Source: Vibrio stylophorae
GTDB taxonomy: Bacteria > Pseudomonadota > Gammaproteobacteria > Enterobacterales > Vibrionaceae
Direction of reading: 5' to 3'
Assembly: GCF_921293875.1 (NCBI RefSeq)
Contig: NZ_CAKLDI010000001.1
Span: 626,475 to 650,474, forward strand
Length of the DNA stretch: 24,000 bases
Every line of letters begins with the position of its first letter. Position 1 is the first letter of the stretch. The translations under genes and the position numbers were made by a program. The notes under the pieces are model-generated. The model searched no databases. It had not been told where the DNA came from and saw only the letters and a program-made list of their open reading frames with translations. This document shows positions 17,716 through 24,000 of the stretch, one piece after another.

Positions 17716-18576
17716 GTGAAAAAACGCATTTTAATAACAGGGGCCAATGGTTTTTTTGGGACGCGCTTTATCAATCGTTATCGCCATGAGTTTGAGATCA
17801 CCGCGACTGATGTGCCTGATTTAGATATTACAGATGTCGCCATGGTCAACGAGACCTTTGCCAAGGTGCGCCCCGACTATGTGATTCACGCAGCGGCCAT
17901 TGCCGTCACCGATTTTTGTAACGCCAACCCAGATGTGGCCTATCAAGTGAATGTACAAGGGGCGATCAACGTTGCCACGGCTTGCAAAGCGGTGGGTGCC
18001 AAACTGGTCTTTATTTCAACCGAGCAGGTATTTAACGGTAATCCTGAAGCTGGTCCTTACGATGAAACTATGATCCCTGTGCCAGATACGGTTTACGGCC
18101 AAAACAAGCTGGAAGCGGAAGCCAAACTGTCTGAGATTATCGATGAGCTTTGGGTGCTGCGTTTTACTTGGCTGTTTGGCTTGCCAGAGCGTAACACCAG
18201 CATTAATCCCAATGTGTTGTGGAATGCGTTGCAAGCCTTGGTCAAAGGTAAGCGCATGGCTGAACGGCGCAATGAGTTTCGCGGTTTGACCTATGTGCAT
18301 GAACTTATCGACCAGTTCCCGAAAATTTTTGATATCCCTTATGGTCTTTACCATACCGGTGCACATAACGACGCTAGCCGTTACGACATTGCCGCGCACA
18401 TTATTGCTGAAATGGGATTATCGCTAGAGCAGCATGAATTGCTAGAAGCGGTAGATGCACCAAAAACGCGTGATGTGCGGCTTAACACTCAAAAATTAGC
18501 CGATGTTGGTGTGGTCTTTAGTGACAGTCGCACTGCCATTAGCCAATGTTTAAACGAATTTAGTTTTCGCCTATAG
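17716..18576 (+). CDS. RmlD-like extended SDR (NAD(P)-dependent sugar reductase/epimerase family)
   Basis: GTG 17716 lies 1 nt after the pflC stop, with GGAGG 5 nt upstream. The translation gives KKRILITGANGFFG (GxxGxxG), LDITD..RPDYVIHAAA, STEQVF and YGQNK (YxxxK), a layout typical of the dTDP-4-dehydrorhamnose reductase (RmlD) family. The tracked ORF start (17542) overlaps pflC out of frame and is not credible. Confidence 0.85.
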   Translation: MKKRILITGANGFFGTRFINRYRHEFEITATDVPDLDITDVAMVNETFAKVRPDYVIHAAAIAVTDFCNANPDVAYQVNVQGAINVATACKAVGAKLVFISTEQVFNGNPEAGPYDETMIPVPDTVYGQNKLEAEAKLSEIIDELWVLRFTWLFGLPERNTSINPNVLWNALQALVKGKRMAERRNEFRGLTYVHELIDQFPKIFDIPYGLYHTGAHNDASRYDIAAHIIAEMGLSLEQHELLEAVDAPKTRDVRLNTQKLADVGVVFSDSRTAISQCLNEFSFRL

Positions 18577-18633
18577 GGCAGCAAATGAAAACGCCGCGCA
18601 GTAGCGCTGCGGGTCTGAAGTAGGAGTGACCTC

Positions 18634-19311
18634 ATGATTTATATGTTAGATACCGCGAATTTGGATGCAATTCAAAAGGCTGTTGACCTTTATCCAATTG
18701 AAGGTGTAACCACCAACCCCACAATTATTGCGCGTGAAAATCGTCCATTTAAGGAGGTGATCACCAGTATTCGTGCCATTATCGGTCCTGATCGCATGCT
18801 CCATGCGCAGGTGCTCGGTAAAACTGCGGAAGTGATGCTCGAAGAAGCGCGAGCGATGCGCCAAATTGATGCCGATATCATAATCAAAGTGCCAGTGACT
18901 CCACAGGGCATTAAAGCAATGAAACTGATTCACCAAGAGGGGATTCGTATCACTGCCACCGCGATTTTAACGCCGCAGCAAGCGCTTATGGCGGCTATGG
19001 CTGGCGCTGAATTTTTAGCGCCTTATGTCAATCGATTGGATAACATCTGTGGTGATGGCACTCAGGTGGTAGCTGAAATTGCCCATCTGATTGATATTTA
19101 TGGGTTAAATGCTAAGGTGCTAGCGGCATCGTTTAAAAATGTACAGCAAGTGCATGAAGTGGCAAAGGCGGGCGCACAATCCGTGACTATTGGCCCAGAT
19201 GTGTTTGATTTGCTTCTGGTACATCCGCTTACTGATTCTGGCGTAGCGGGCTTTGTTAGCGACTGGGATAGTGTATATGGCGCCGATAAAACGGTACTTG
19301 ATGTGATTTAG
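18634..19311 (+). CDS. fsa: Fructose-6-phosphate aldolase type class I aldolase (transaldolase subfamily 5)
   Basis: It carries MIYMLDTANLD..GVTTNPTII, IIKVPVT (Schiff-base Lys) and LAPYVNRLD. The Tyr in APYVNR is the Fsa-type residue; transaldolases have Phe there. The protein is about 220 aa. AGGAG lies 8 nt upstream. Confidence 0.88.
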   Translation: MIYMLDTANLDAIQKAVDLYPIEGVTTNPTIIARENRPFKEVITSIRAIIGPDRMLHAQVLGKTAEVMLEEARAMRQIDADIIIKVPVTPQGIKAMKLIHQEGIRITATAILTPQQALMAAMAGAEFLAPYVNRLDNICGDGTQVVAEIAHLIDIYGLNAKVLAASFKNVQQVHEVAKAGAQSVTIGPDVFDLLLVHPLTDSGVAGFVSDWDSVYGADKTVLDVI

Positions 19312-19373
19312 GTCTTTTTTACGTGCTAGGCATGTAAAACTCACCAGTCATTTATGATGTCGGTCAATATTTG

Positions 19374-19413
19374 AGTACTCAGTGCGTATATACTCACTGA
19401 GTACTTTGTATTT
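19374..19413 (+). terminator. Strong hairpin plus T-rich tail between fsa and the second EIIB gene
   Basis: agtactcagtg (19374..19384) is the exact reverse complement of cactgagtact (19395..19405). The loop contains the palindrome gtatatac. It is followed by ttgtattt. Confidence 0.45.
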
Positions 19414-19427
19414 AGCGACGGACGAAT

Positions 19428-19763
19428 ATGAAAATTGTTGGAGTCACGGCTTGTATAAGTGGTGTTGCTCATACCTATATGGCTGCTGAGCTGCTAGAAA
19501 AAACAGCACTGAAAATGGGTTGTAGTGCGATCATTGAAACGCAGGGCGCACTGGGTAGTGAAAATACCCTGACAGACAGCCAAATTAGTGAAGCGGATGT
19601 GGCGTTAATTGTGGCTGATATTAATATTGAGGGCGAAGCACGTTTTGCGCAATCACGCGTGTTGATGTTGTCTATTTCTCAGTTTTTAAAAGATCCGCAA
19701 GCAGCGATTGTTGCGGCTGAAAAATTAAAAAAAGCCCCACCGCAAACACGAATGATCCTTTAG
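19428..19763 (+). CDS. frwD: Second PTS fructose-family EIIB
   Basis: MKIVGVTACISGVAHTYMAAELLE retains the EIIB phospho-Cys motif. It is 111 aa and is the last gene of the cluster, as frwD is in E. coli. Confidence 0.85.
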   Translation: MKIVGVTACISGVAHTYMAAELLEKTALKMGCSAIIETQGALGSENTLTDSQISEADVALIVADINIEGEARFAQSRVLMLSISQFLKDPQAAIVAAEKLKKAPPQTRMIL

Positions 19764-19789
19764 ATGCCAGAGAACTGTGAGATGTATTT

Positions 19790-19815
19790 AAAAACCAGCT
19801 GTGATGCTGGTTTTT
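19790..19815. terminator. Bidirectional rho-independent terminator between convergent frwD and the AraC-type gene
   Basis: aaaaaccagc (19790..19799) is the exact reverse complement of gctggttttt (19806..19815), with loop tgtgat. It has an A-tract on the 5' side and a T-tract on the 3' side (continuing tgttttt). Confidence 0.75.
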
Positions 19816-19898
19816 TGTTTTTAAGGACGCTCGAAACCTTGTTTTAGTAACCTTAAGTCTTTCAGCAATGTAAGTGATACCTTGTCAGCAATAACTGT

Positions 19899-20771
19899 CT
19901 ATACCTCTGCTTCTAGGTTACTGCGATATTGCACACGGTATTGCGAGGGAGTGCGAGCGGTTTGTTGACGAAAAACTCGGCAGAAATAGTTACTGTCACT
20001 AAATCCGCAACGGTGGGCCACTTCTTTTACTTTCATGTCATATTCTTTGAGTAAAAATTTGGCGCGCTCAAGGCGCACATGGTTTAAGTACTCATTAAAT
20101 TTATGCTTGCTTTCTTTTTGAAATAGCTGTGACAGGTAGTTGGGTGACACATAAAAGTGCTCGGCAACGGACTCACGTGAGAGTGGCTCATGATAATGGT
20201 GTTCAAGGTAATCGCGAACGGTATCAAATAGCGTTTTACTTTTAGAGTAGGTGGTCGCTGGGTGGTGGATGAGGTACAAAATATGGCTGCATAGTGTGCG
20301 AATGAGTAACCGCTGTGTTTGTTGATCACCCATTTGCCATGTCATCTCTTCGAGGGCTTGAAGAACAAAGGTTCCGGTTCTTGGGCCACGTCGCGCCACA
20401 CTTTCCTTAATGGAAGCATCAAATTGCTCTCCATCCCAGCTGAGCAAGCTCATGCCGAAATTTTGCTTACCTACTAGAACGGATAAGGTGACGACGGGTT
20501 GTGTCCAATTGGGTTTGTTCCAGCTTTCCGCTGGGACATACAGCACATCACCAGCCTGCATGATATGGCGTTCTTCCATCCCCATTTTGCTGCCCATTTC
20601 CATTTCAAGCTCGCCAATAAGTACCATTTCGACACGCGTGAAATGTACTTGATAAGCCATGGGTGGTGGTGTTGGCAAGTGGCCGGCATGCAGCACTTGA
20701 CCAATTGTGCTTTGGTGTGAAGCGTAATGCTCAAGGGCATCAATGAGGTAGGTGCGATCCACAATAGGCAT
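19899..20771 (-). CDS. AraC/XylS family transcriptional regulator (cupin sensor domain plus C-terminal HTH)
   Basis: The C-terminus (VAEHFYVSPNYLSQLFQKE...VKEVAHRCGFSDSNYFCRVFRQQTARTPSQYR) is the canonical AraC dual HTH. The N-terminal part (AGDVLYVPAESW) is cupin-like. The tracked start (20813) is a TTG. The first ATG is 20771, but its Shine-Dalgarno is poor, so the start is uncertain. Its position matches E. coli yijO. Confidence 0.85.
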   Translation of the reverse strand: MPIVDRTYLIDALEHYASHQSTIGQVLHAGHLPTPPPMAYQVHFTRVEMVLIGELEMEMGSKMGMEERHIMQAGDVLYVPAESWNKPNWTQPVVTLSVLVGKQNFGMSLLSWDGEQFDASIKESVARRGPRTGTFVLQALEEMTWQMGDQQTQRLLIRTLCSHILYLIHHPATTYSKSKTLFDTVRDYLEHHYHEPLSRESVAEHFYVSPNYLSQLFQKESKHKFNEYLNHVRLERAKFLLKEYDMKVKEVAHRCGFSDSNYFCRVFRQQTARTPSQYRVQYRSNLEAEV

Positions 20772-21110
20772 CCTTGGAAAGTGAATAAATCTACTACAAA
20801 TACATGACACCAATCGGTCATCATGGAGGGATTTTATCTCTAATTGCTTCCGTTAAAATCACAGTGTTGTGGATTTATCATGCGCATCACATTTTTGCGT
20901 TGATCGCACAAATTTCCAGTCAATCGTAGAAAAATCAAATATTGAAATTTTCTCAGCCACGTAGCCTGAAGGTGTGGTGCGTCAGAAATAATAAGGCAAA
21001 ACGCCATGGCGTTGCACTGCACTTTAGGCTGTTGCTGCTGGTGTGAATGTGCCTTTCGGACTTGGCATCAAGCAGTCAAAACGTATTGATATTGTTGCTG
21101 AGATCAAACC

Positions 21111-22391
21111 ATGCCAAATTATCATGTTTATCCCCATAACTTTTATCCGCTGCGAAATGTAATTCAAAATTACCCTTGGGGTAGTACCACTGCAATGCAC
21201 GAGCTGTTTTCTATTGATAACCCGACACATCAGCCACAAGCTGAATTATGGATGGGGACTCACCCTAATGGTTGTTCTCGTGTTCAAATCGGTGGGCAAG
21301 AGCATTCACTTGCAGCTCTAATTGCACAAAATAGCGCTGGTATTTTATCGCCACAAACCCTGGAGGATTTTGGTGAATTACCATTTCTATTTAAGATATT
21401 ATCGGCAGAAAAAGCACTTTCAGTGCAGGTGCACCCGAGTAAAGGTGAGGCGCAAAAAGGGTATGCATTGGAAGAGGGGAAAGGCATCGCGCCGCAAGCT
21501 GCCCATCGCAATTATAAAGATCCCAATCATAAACCTGAGTTGGTTTATGCGCTGACTACCTACCAAGCGATGAATGGTTTTCGCAATCTACAGCAAATCG
21601 CAGCGCTATTTGCGGCTATTGATTTTTCAGTACCGTCATGTCAGGCCATCGAAAAGTTAGTAATAGCTTACCAACAGCAGTGCGATTCTGCAGGGCTACA
21701 AACTTTCTTTTCTGCATTGTTGTCACTGCAGGGCGCAGATAAAGATGCGGCACTGGATGCATTATTAGCTCATGCTTTGCGAGAGCATCGACTGATGGAG
21801 TCGTCGCTTACGGAAAATGCCCAGCAATTACCAGATGCGCTAAACCAGACCGATATCTTTGAATTGATTTTAACGTTGGCGCAGCAATATCCGGGAGATA
21901 TCGGTTTATTTTCGCCGCTACTGCTTAATGTGGTGACCCTTGCGCCAGGCCAAGCTATGTACTTAGATGCGCGAACGCCTCACGCTTATATTAAAGGTAC
22001 TGGCTTAGAAATTATGGCGAATTCAGATAATGTGCTGCGTGCGGGATTAACCAATAAATTTATTGATGTGCCAGAGTTGGTGGCTTGTACGCAATTTGAA
22101 GAAAAACCCATGCGCACGATGTTGTTGACGCCGCACAAAGAGGGCGAGGTGTGGCATTATGACATTCCAGTCCCTGATTTTGGCTTTACGGTGTATCAAA
22201 GTGCGGTGCAAACATTGGTGCATTCACAGAGTGCGGAAATTATTTTAGCTCTGGATGACACCGTACAACTGACTCATGCTAATGGCGAAACCTTAACTTT
22301 ACAAAAAGGTGAATCTGCTTTTATTCCGGCCTACGCCTATTACTACAGTGTGACTAGCTCAGGACGGATTGCGCGAGTGTTTAATCAATAA
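21111..22391 (+). CDS. manA: Mannose-6-phosphate isomerase, class I
   Basis: It carries VIQNYPWGS, QPQAELWMGTHP, GELPFLFKILSAEKALSVQVHP, NYKDPNHKPELVYAL, PHAYIKG and EIMANSDNVLRAGLT, the conserved type-I PMI blocks including the zinc-ligand regions. It is about 35 aa longer than E. coli ManA as I recall it. Confidence 0.9.
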   Translation: MPNYHVYPHNFYPLRNVIQNYPWGSTTAMHELFSIDNPTHQPQAELWMGTHPNGCSRVQIGGQEHSLAALIAQNSAGILSPQTLEDFGELPFLFKILSAEKALSVQVHPSKGEAQKGYALEEGKGIAPQAAHRNYKDPNHKPELVYALTTYQAMNGFRNLQQIAALFAAIDFSVPSCQAIEKLVIAYQQQCDSAGLQTFFSALLSLQGADKDAALDALLAHALREHRLMESSLTENAQQLPDALNQTDIFELILTLAQQYPGDIGLFSPLLLNVVTLAPGQAMYLDARTPHAYIKGTGLEIMANSDNVLRAGLTNKFIDVPELVACTQFEEKPMRTMLLTPHKEGEVWHYDIPVPDFGFTVYQSAVQTLVHSQSAEIILALDDTVQLTHANGETLTLQKGESAFIPAYAYYYSVTSSGRIARVFNQ

Positions 22392-22433
22392 GAGGGGATA
22401 TTGGTATTGGGCGTGCTGTGGTTACGCCCAGTC

Positions 22434-22474
22434 CATGTAATGGTTCGACGGTTCGATAGTCGAACTATTACATG
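22434..22474 (+). other. 16-bp-stem hairpin downstream of manA
   Basis: catgtaatggttcgac (22434..22449) pairs with gtcgaactattacatg (22459..22474) with one G-U position and a 9-nt loop. A smaller hairpin, gggcgt/acgccc (22409..22429), precedes it. No U-run follows, so it is not a canonical terminator. Confidence 0.6.
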
Positions 22475-22987
22475 CTTGTCTATACATCATTGTGATGGTG
22501 TTGCTTTTATCACCCTATTTTTATGGTTCTCCTTTTATTATTTATGTTAATCAACATGACAATCTGAGTAGGCACGCCGTGATTGATTGTTCTAATCAAC
22601 GATCTCACATTTTCTCACCTGAAAACCACAGACAGTCACACCAACAAAGCGCCACAAAAACTCACATCAATTCACATAAGAGCAGATAGAAACGCTGATA
22701 TTTTCATCAAAAATGGTGCGTAATTGCTTTTCGAGCAAGGTGTTACCGCTGTTTTGAACCCATGTGGGCTTGCAGTGAAGGTAGTTAACGCAAGTGTTGT
22801 ACTGCATTTTGTTTCTTATGTGGTGGTTTATTTGGTTTGTTCTGCGTTTTTGTGGGTAATTGTTGTCACTTGTGACTTTCGTCGTTGTTTTCTGCTGGTG
22901 GTGTGTTGGATTGTGTGACTTTTGTCCGCGTTATTTTTCACTACTTATTGTTTAATTCATCTATAGATAATAAACATAAGTAGAAGA

Positions 22988-23740
22988 ATGCTAGCACAAC
23001 AACGACAAGCACTGATTGAATCCATGGTCAAAGAACAGGGCTCTTTGCGAGTCAGTGACCTCAGTGAACAATTTAATGTATCGCAGGAAACCATTCGTCG
23101 AGATATCGACAAACTGCAAGAAGAAAACGCCTATATCAGCAAAATTCACGGCGGTGTTTCTTATATTAGCGATCATGTTGTGCCCAGTGCGATTCGTAAA
23201 AATTTATTGGTTGAGGAGAAAAGTCAGCTGGCAAAAAAAGCAGTTTCGCTGATTAAAAATGGCGACGTTATTTTTCTCGATTGCAGTACAACATCACTGT
23301 ATATCGCACAAGAAATAGCGAAAACTGAGCACCAGGTGACGATTATTTCTAATTCTTCTCAGCTTTGTGAATATCTCAAAGGAAGTGATATCAAATTGGT
23401 AATGATTGGTGGCACCTATTGTGACGACAATAATGCCTTTACGGGCACTCTAGCCATTCAAATGTTAACCAATTTCTCTGCTCATAAATGTTTTATTAGC
23501 TGCCCAAGCGTCAGTTTGGAAAAAGGCTTATATGACAATAGCGAAGATGAAGCGAGTATTCGTAAGTTAATGATGGACAATGCACAACAAACCATTCTCG
23601 TCGTTGACTATACAAAATTCGATTCATTTAGCTTGATGAAAATTTCAAACCTAGATTGCATTGATGTTTTGCTCACAGACAAATTGATGTCTGAACAAGA
23701 AAAGATGTTCTGCTGCAATCAAAATATAAAAATTATGTAG
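22988..23740 (+). CDS. DeoR/GlpR family transcriptional regulator
   Basis: The N-terminal HTH is RQALIESMVKEQGSLRVSDLSEQFNVSQETIRRDIDKLQEE. The C-terminal sugar-phosphate sensor-type domain has ...IFLDCSTTSLYIA... and a typical 250-aa length. Confidence 0.88.
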   Translation: MLAQQRQALIESMVKEQGSLRVSDLSEQFNVSQETIRRDIDKLQEENAYISKIHGGVSYISDHVVPSAIRKNLLVEEKSQLAKKAVSLIKNGDVIFLDCSTTSLYIAQEIAKTEHQVTIISNSSQLCEYLKGSDIKLVMIGGTYCDDNNAFTGTLAIQMLTNFSAHKCFISCPSVSLEKGLYDNSEDEASIRKLMMDNAQQTILVVDYTKFDSFSLMKISNLDCIDVLLTDKLMSEQEKMFCCNQNIKIM

Positions 23741-23751
23741 GTAGTCGTCCC

Positions 23752-24000
23752 ATGGATAATTTTAAGTACACCTGTAAAACAGAAGTTCATTTCGGTAAAG
23801 ATGAGCATTTGAAAGTTGGCGAATATATTCGTCCTTTCGGTCAAAAAGTGCTGATCCATTACGATGGTAACCGCATTGAAACCAACGGCTTGCTGGATGC
23901 AGTGACTGAATCACTCCGTAATCAAGGCATCGACTATGTGACCTTGAACAATGTTGTGCCAAACCCGCTGCTCTCGGGCGTTCATGAAGGCGTTGCACTG
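23752..24000 (+). CDS. Iron-containing (group III) alcohol dehydrogenase, 3' end cut by window edge
   Basis: This is not in the ORF track because it has no stop within the window. ATG 23752, 11 nt after the deoR stop, opens a frame that runs to the window end. It translates to MDNFKYTCKTEVHFGKDEHLKVGEYIRPFGQKVLIHYDGNRIETNGLLDAVTESLRNQGIDYVTLNNVVPNPLLSGVHEGVAL, resembling the N-terminus of YqhD / butanol-dehydrogenase-type Fe-ADHs (MNNF..P..FG.G...PNP). Confidence 0.75.
   Translation, partial: MDNFKYTCKTEVHFGKDEHLKVGEYIRPFGQKVLIHYDGNRIETNGLLDAVTESLRNQGIDYVTLNNVVPNPLLSGVHEGVAL

Noticed and set aside
14336-19815. Similarity between the frwB hairpin (ccagcatctgtg...cacagatgctgg) and the frwD terminator (ccagctgtgatgctgg), as a possible repeat family
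   Set aside because: The shared part is only about 5-8 nt (ccagc / gatgctgg) and the stems differ in length and loop. Two instances are too little to separate from chance.
20840-21239. Minus-strand ORFs 20840..21022 and 21024..21239 in the AraC-manA divergent region
   Set aside because: They are short and lack recognisable motifs. The second overlaps the manA start antisense. The region is better explained as a promoter/operator region.
22492-22918. Two small plus-strand ORFs (22492..22689, 65 aa; 22724..22918, 64 aa) in the manA-deoR gap
   Set aside because: Their compositions (His/Ser/Gln-rich and Val/Cys/Leu-rich) simply reflect the CA-rich and GT-rich arms. Neither has a ribosome-binding site, and one uses a non-ATG start.
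1-24000. Mobile elements, CRISPR arrays, tRNA/rRNA genes and defence systems
   Set aside because: No transposase, integrase or recombinase-like ORF was found, nor terminal inverted repeats bracketing a block. There are no regularly spaced repeats beyond the two-copy 23-mer, and no tRNA-like cloverleaf candidates were noticed. All large ORFs have metabolic, transport or regulatory assignments.

Overview
The window looks like a gammaproteobacterial chromosome segment. The MtlD, MtlR, GlpK and ManA-like proteins resemble those of Vibrio and enterics, so I would guess Vibrionaceae, but I cannot verify that here. From left to right it holds four blocks. (1) The tail of a mannitol operon: mtlD (5' cut by the window edge) and mtlR. 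(2) A two-gene RND efflux pump (membrane-fusion adaptor plus a 1054-aa permease) with no adjacent regulator or outer-membrane channel, followed by a stand-alone glycerol kinase. (3) The main item, at about 8.3-19.8 kb, is a fructose-family PTS / glycyl-radical-enzyme catabolic locus syntenic with the E. coli frw locus. A ptsA-like HPr-EI-EIIA fusion is divergent from frwC (EIIC), frwB (EIIB), a pflD-type glycyl radical enzyme, a pflC-type activase and a second EIIB (frwD). The architecture differs from E. coli in three ways. An Fsa-type aldolase sits inside the GRE operon. An RmlD-like SDR is translationally coupled to the activase. A Gfo/Idh/MocA oxidoreductase plus a UPF0303 protein follow ptsA where, as I recall, E. 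coli has fsaB-gldA. (4) A convergent AraC-type regulator, divergent manA, a structured 596-bp non-coding gap, a DeoR regulator, and the start of an Fe-type alcohol dehydrogenase cut by the window end. I saw no rRNA, tRNA, CRISPR array, transposase or integrase. The most interesting hypothesis is that block (3) is a self-contained variant of the radical anhydro-sugar-phosphate cleavage pathway with undescribed accessory redox steps. Several long intergenic regions carry hairpins and repeats that the coding features do not explain.
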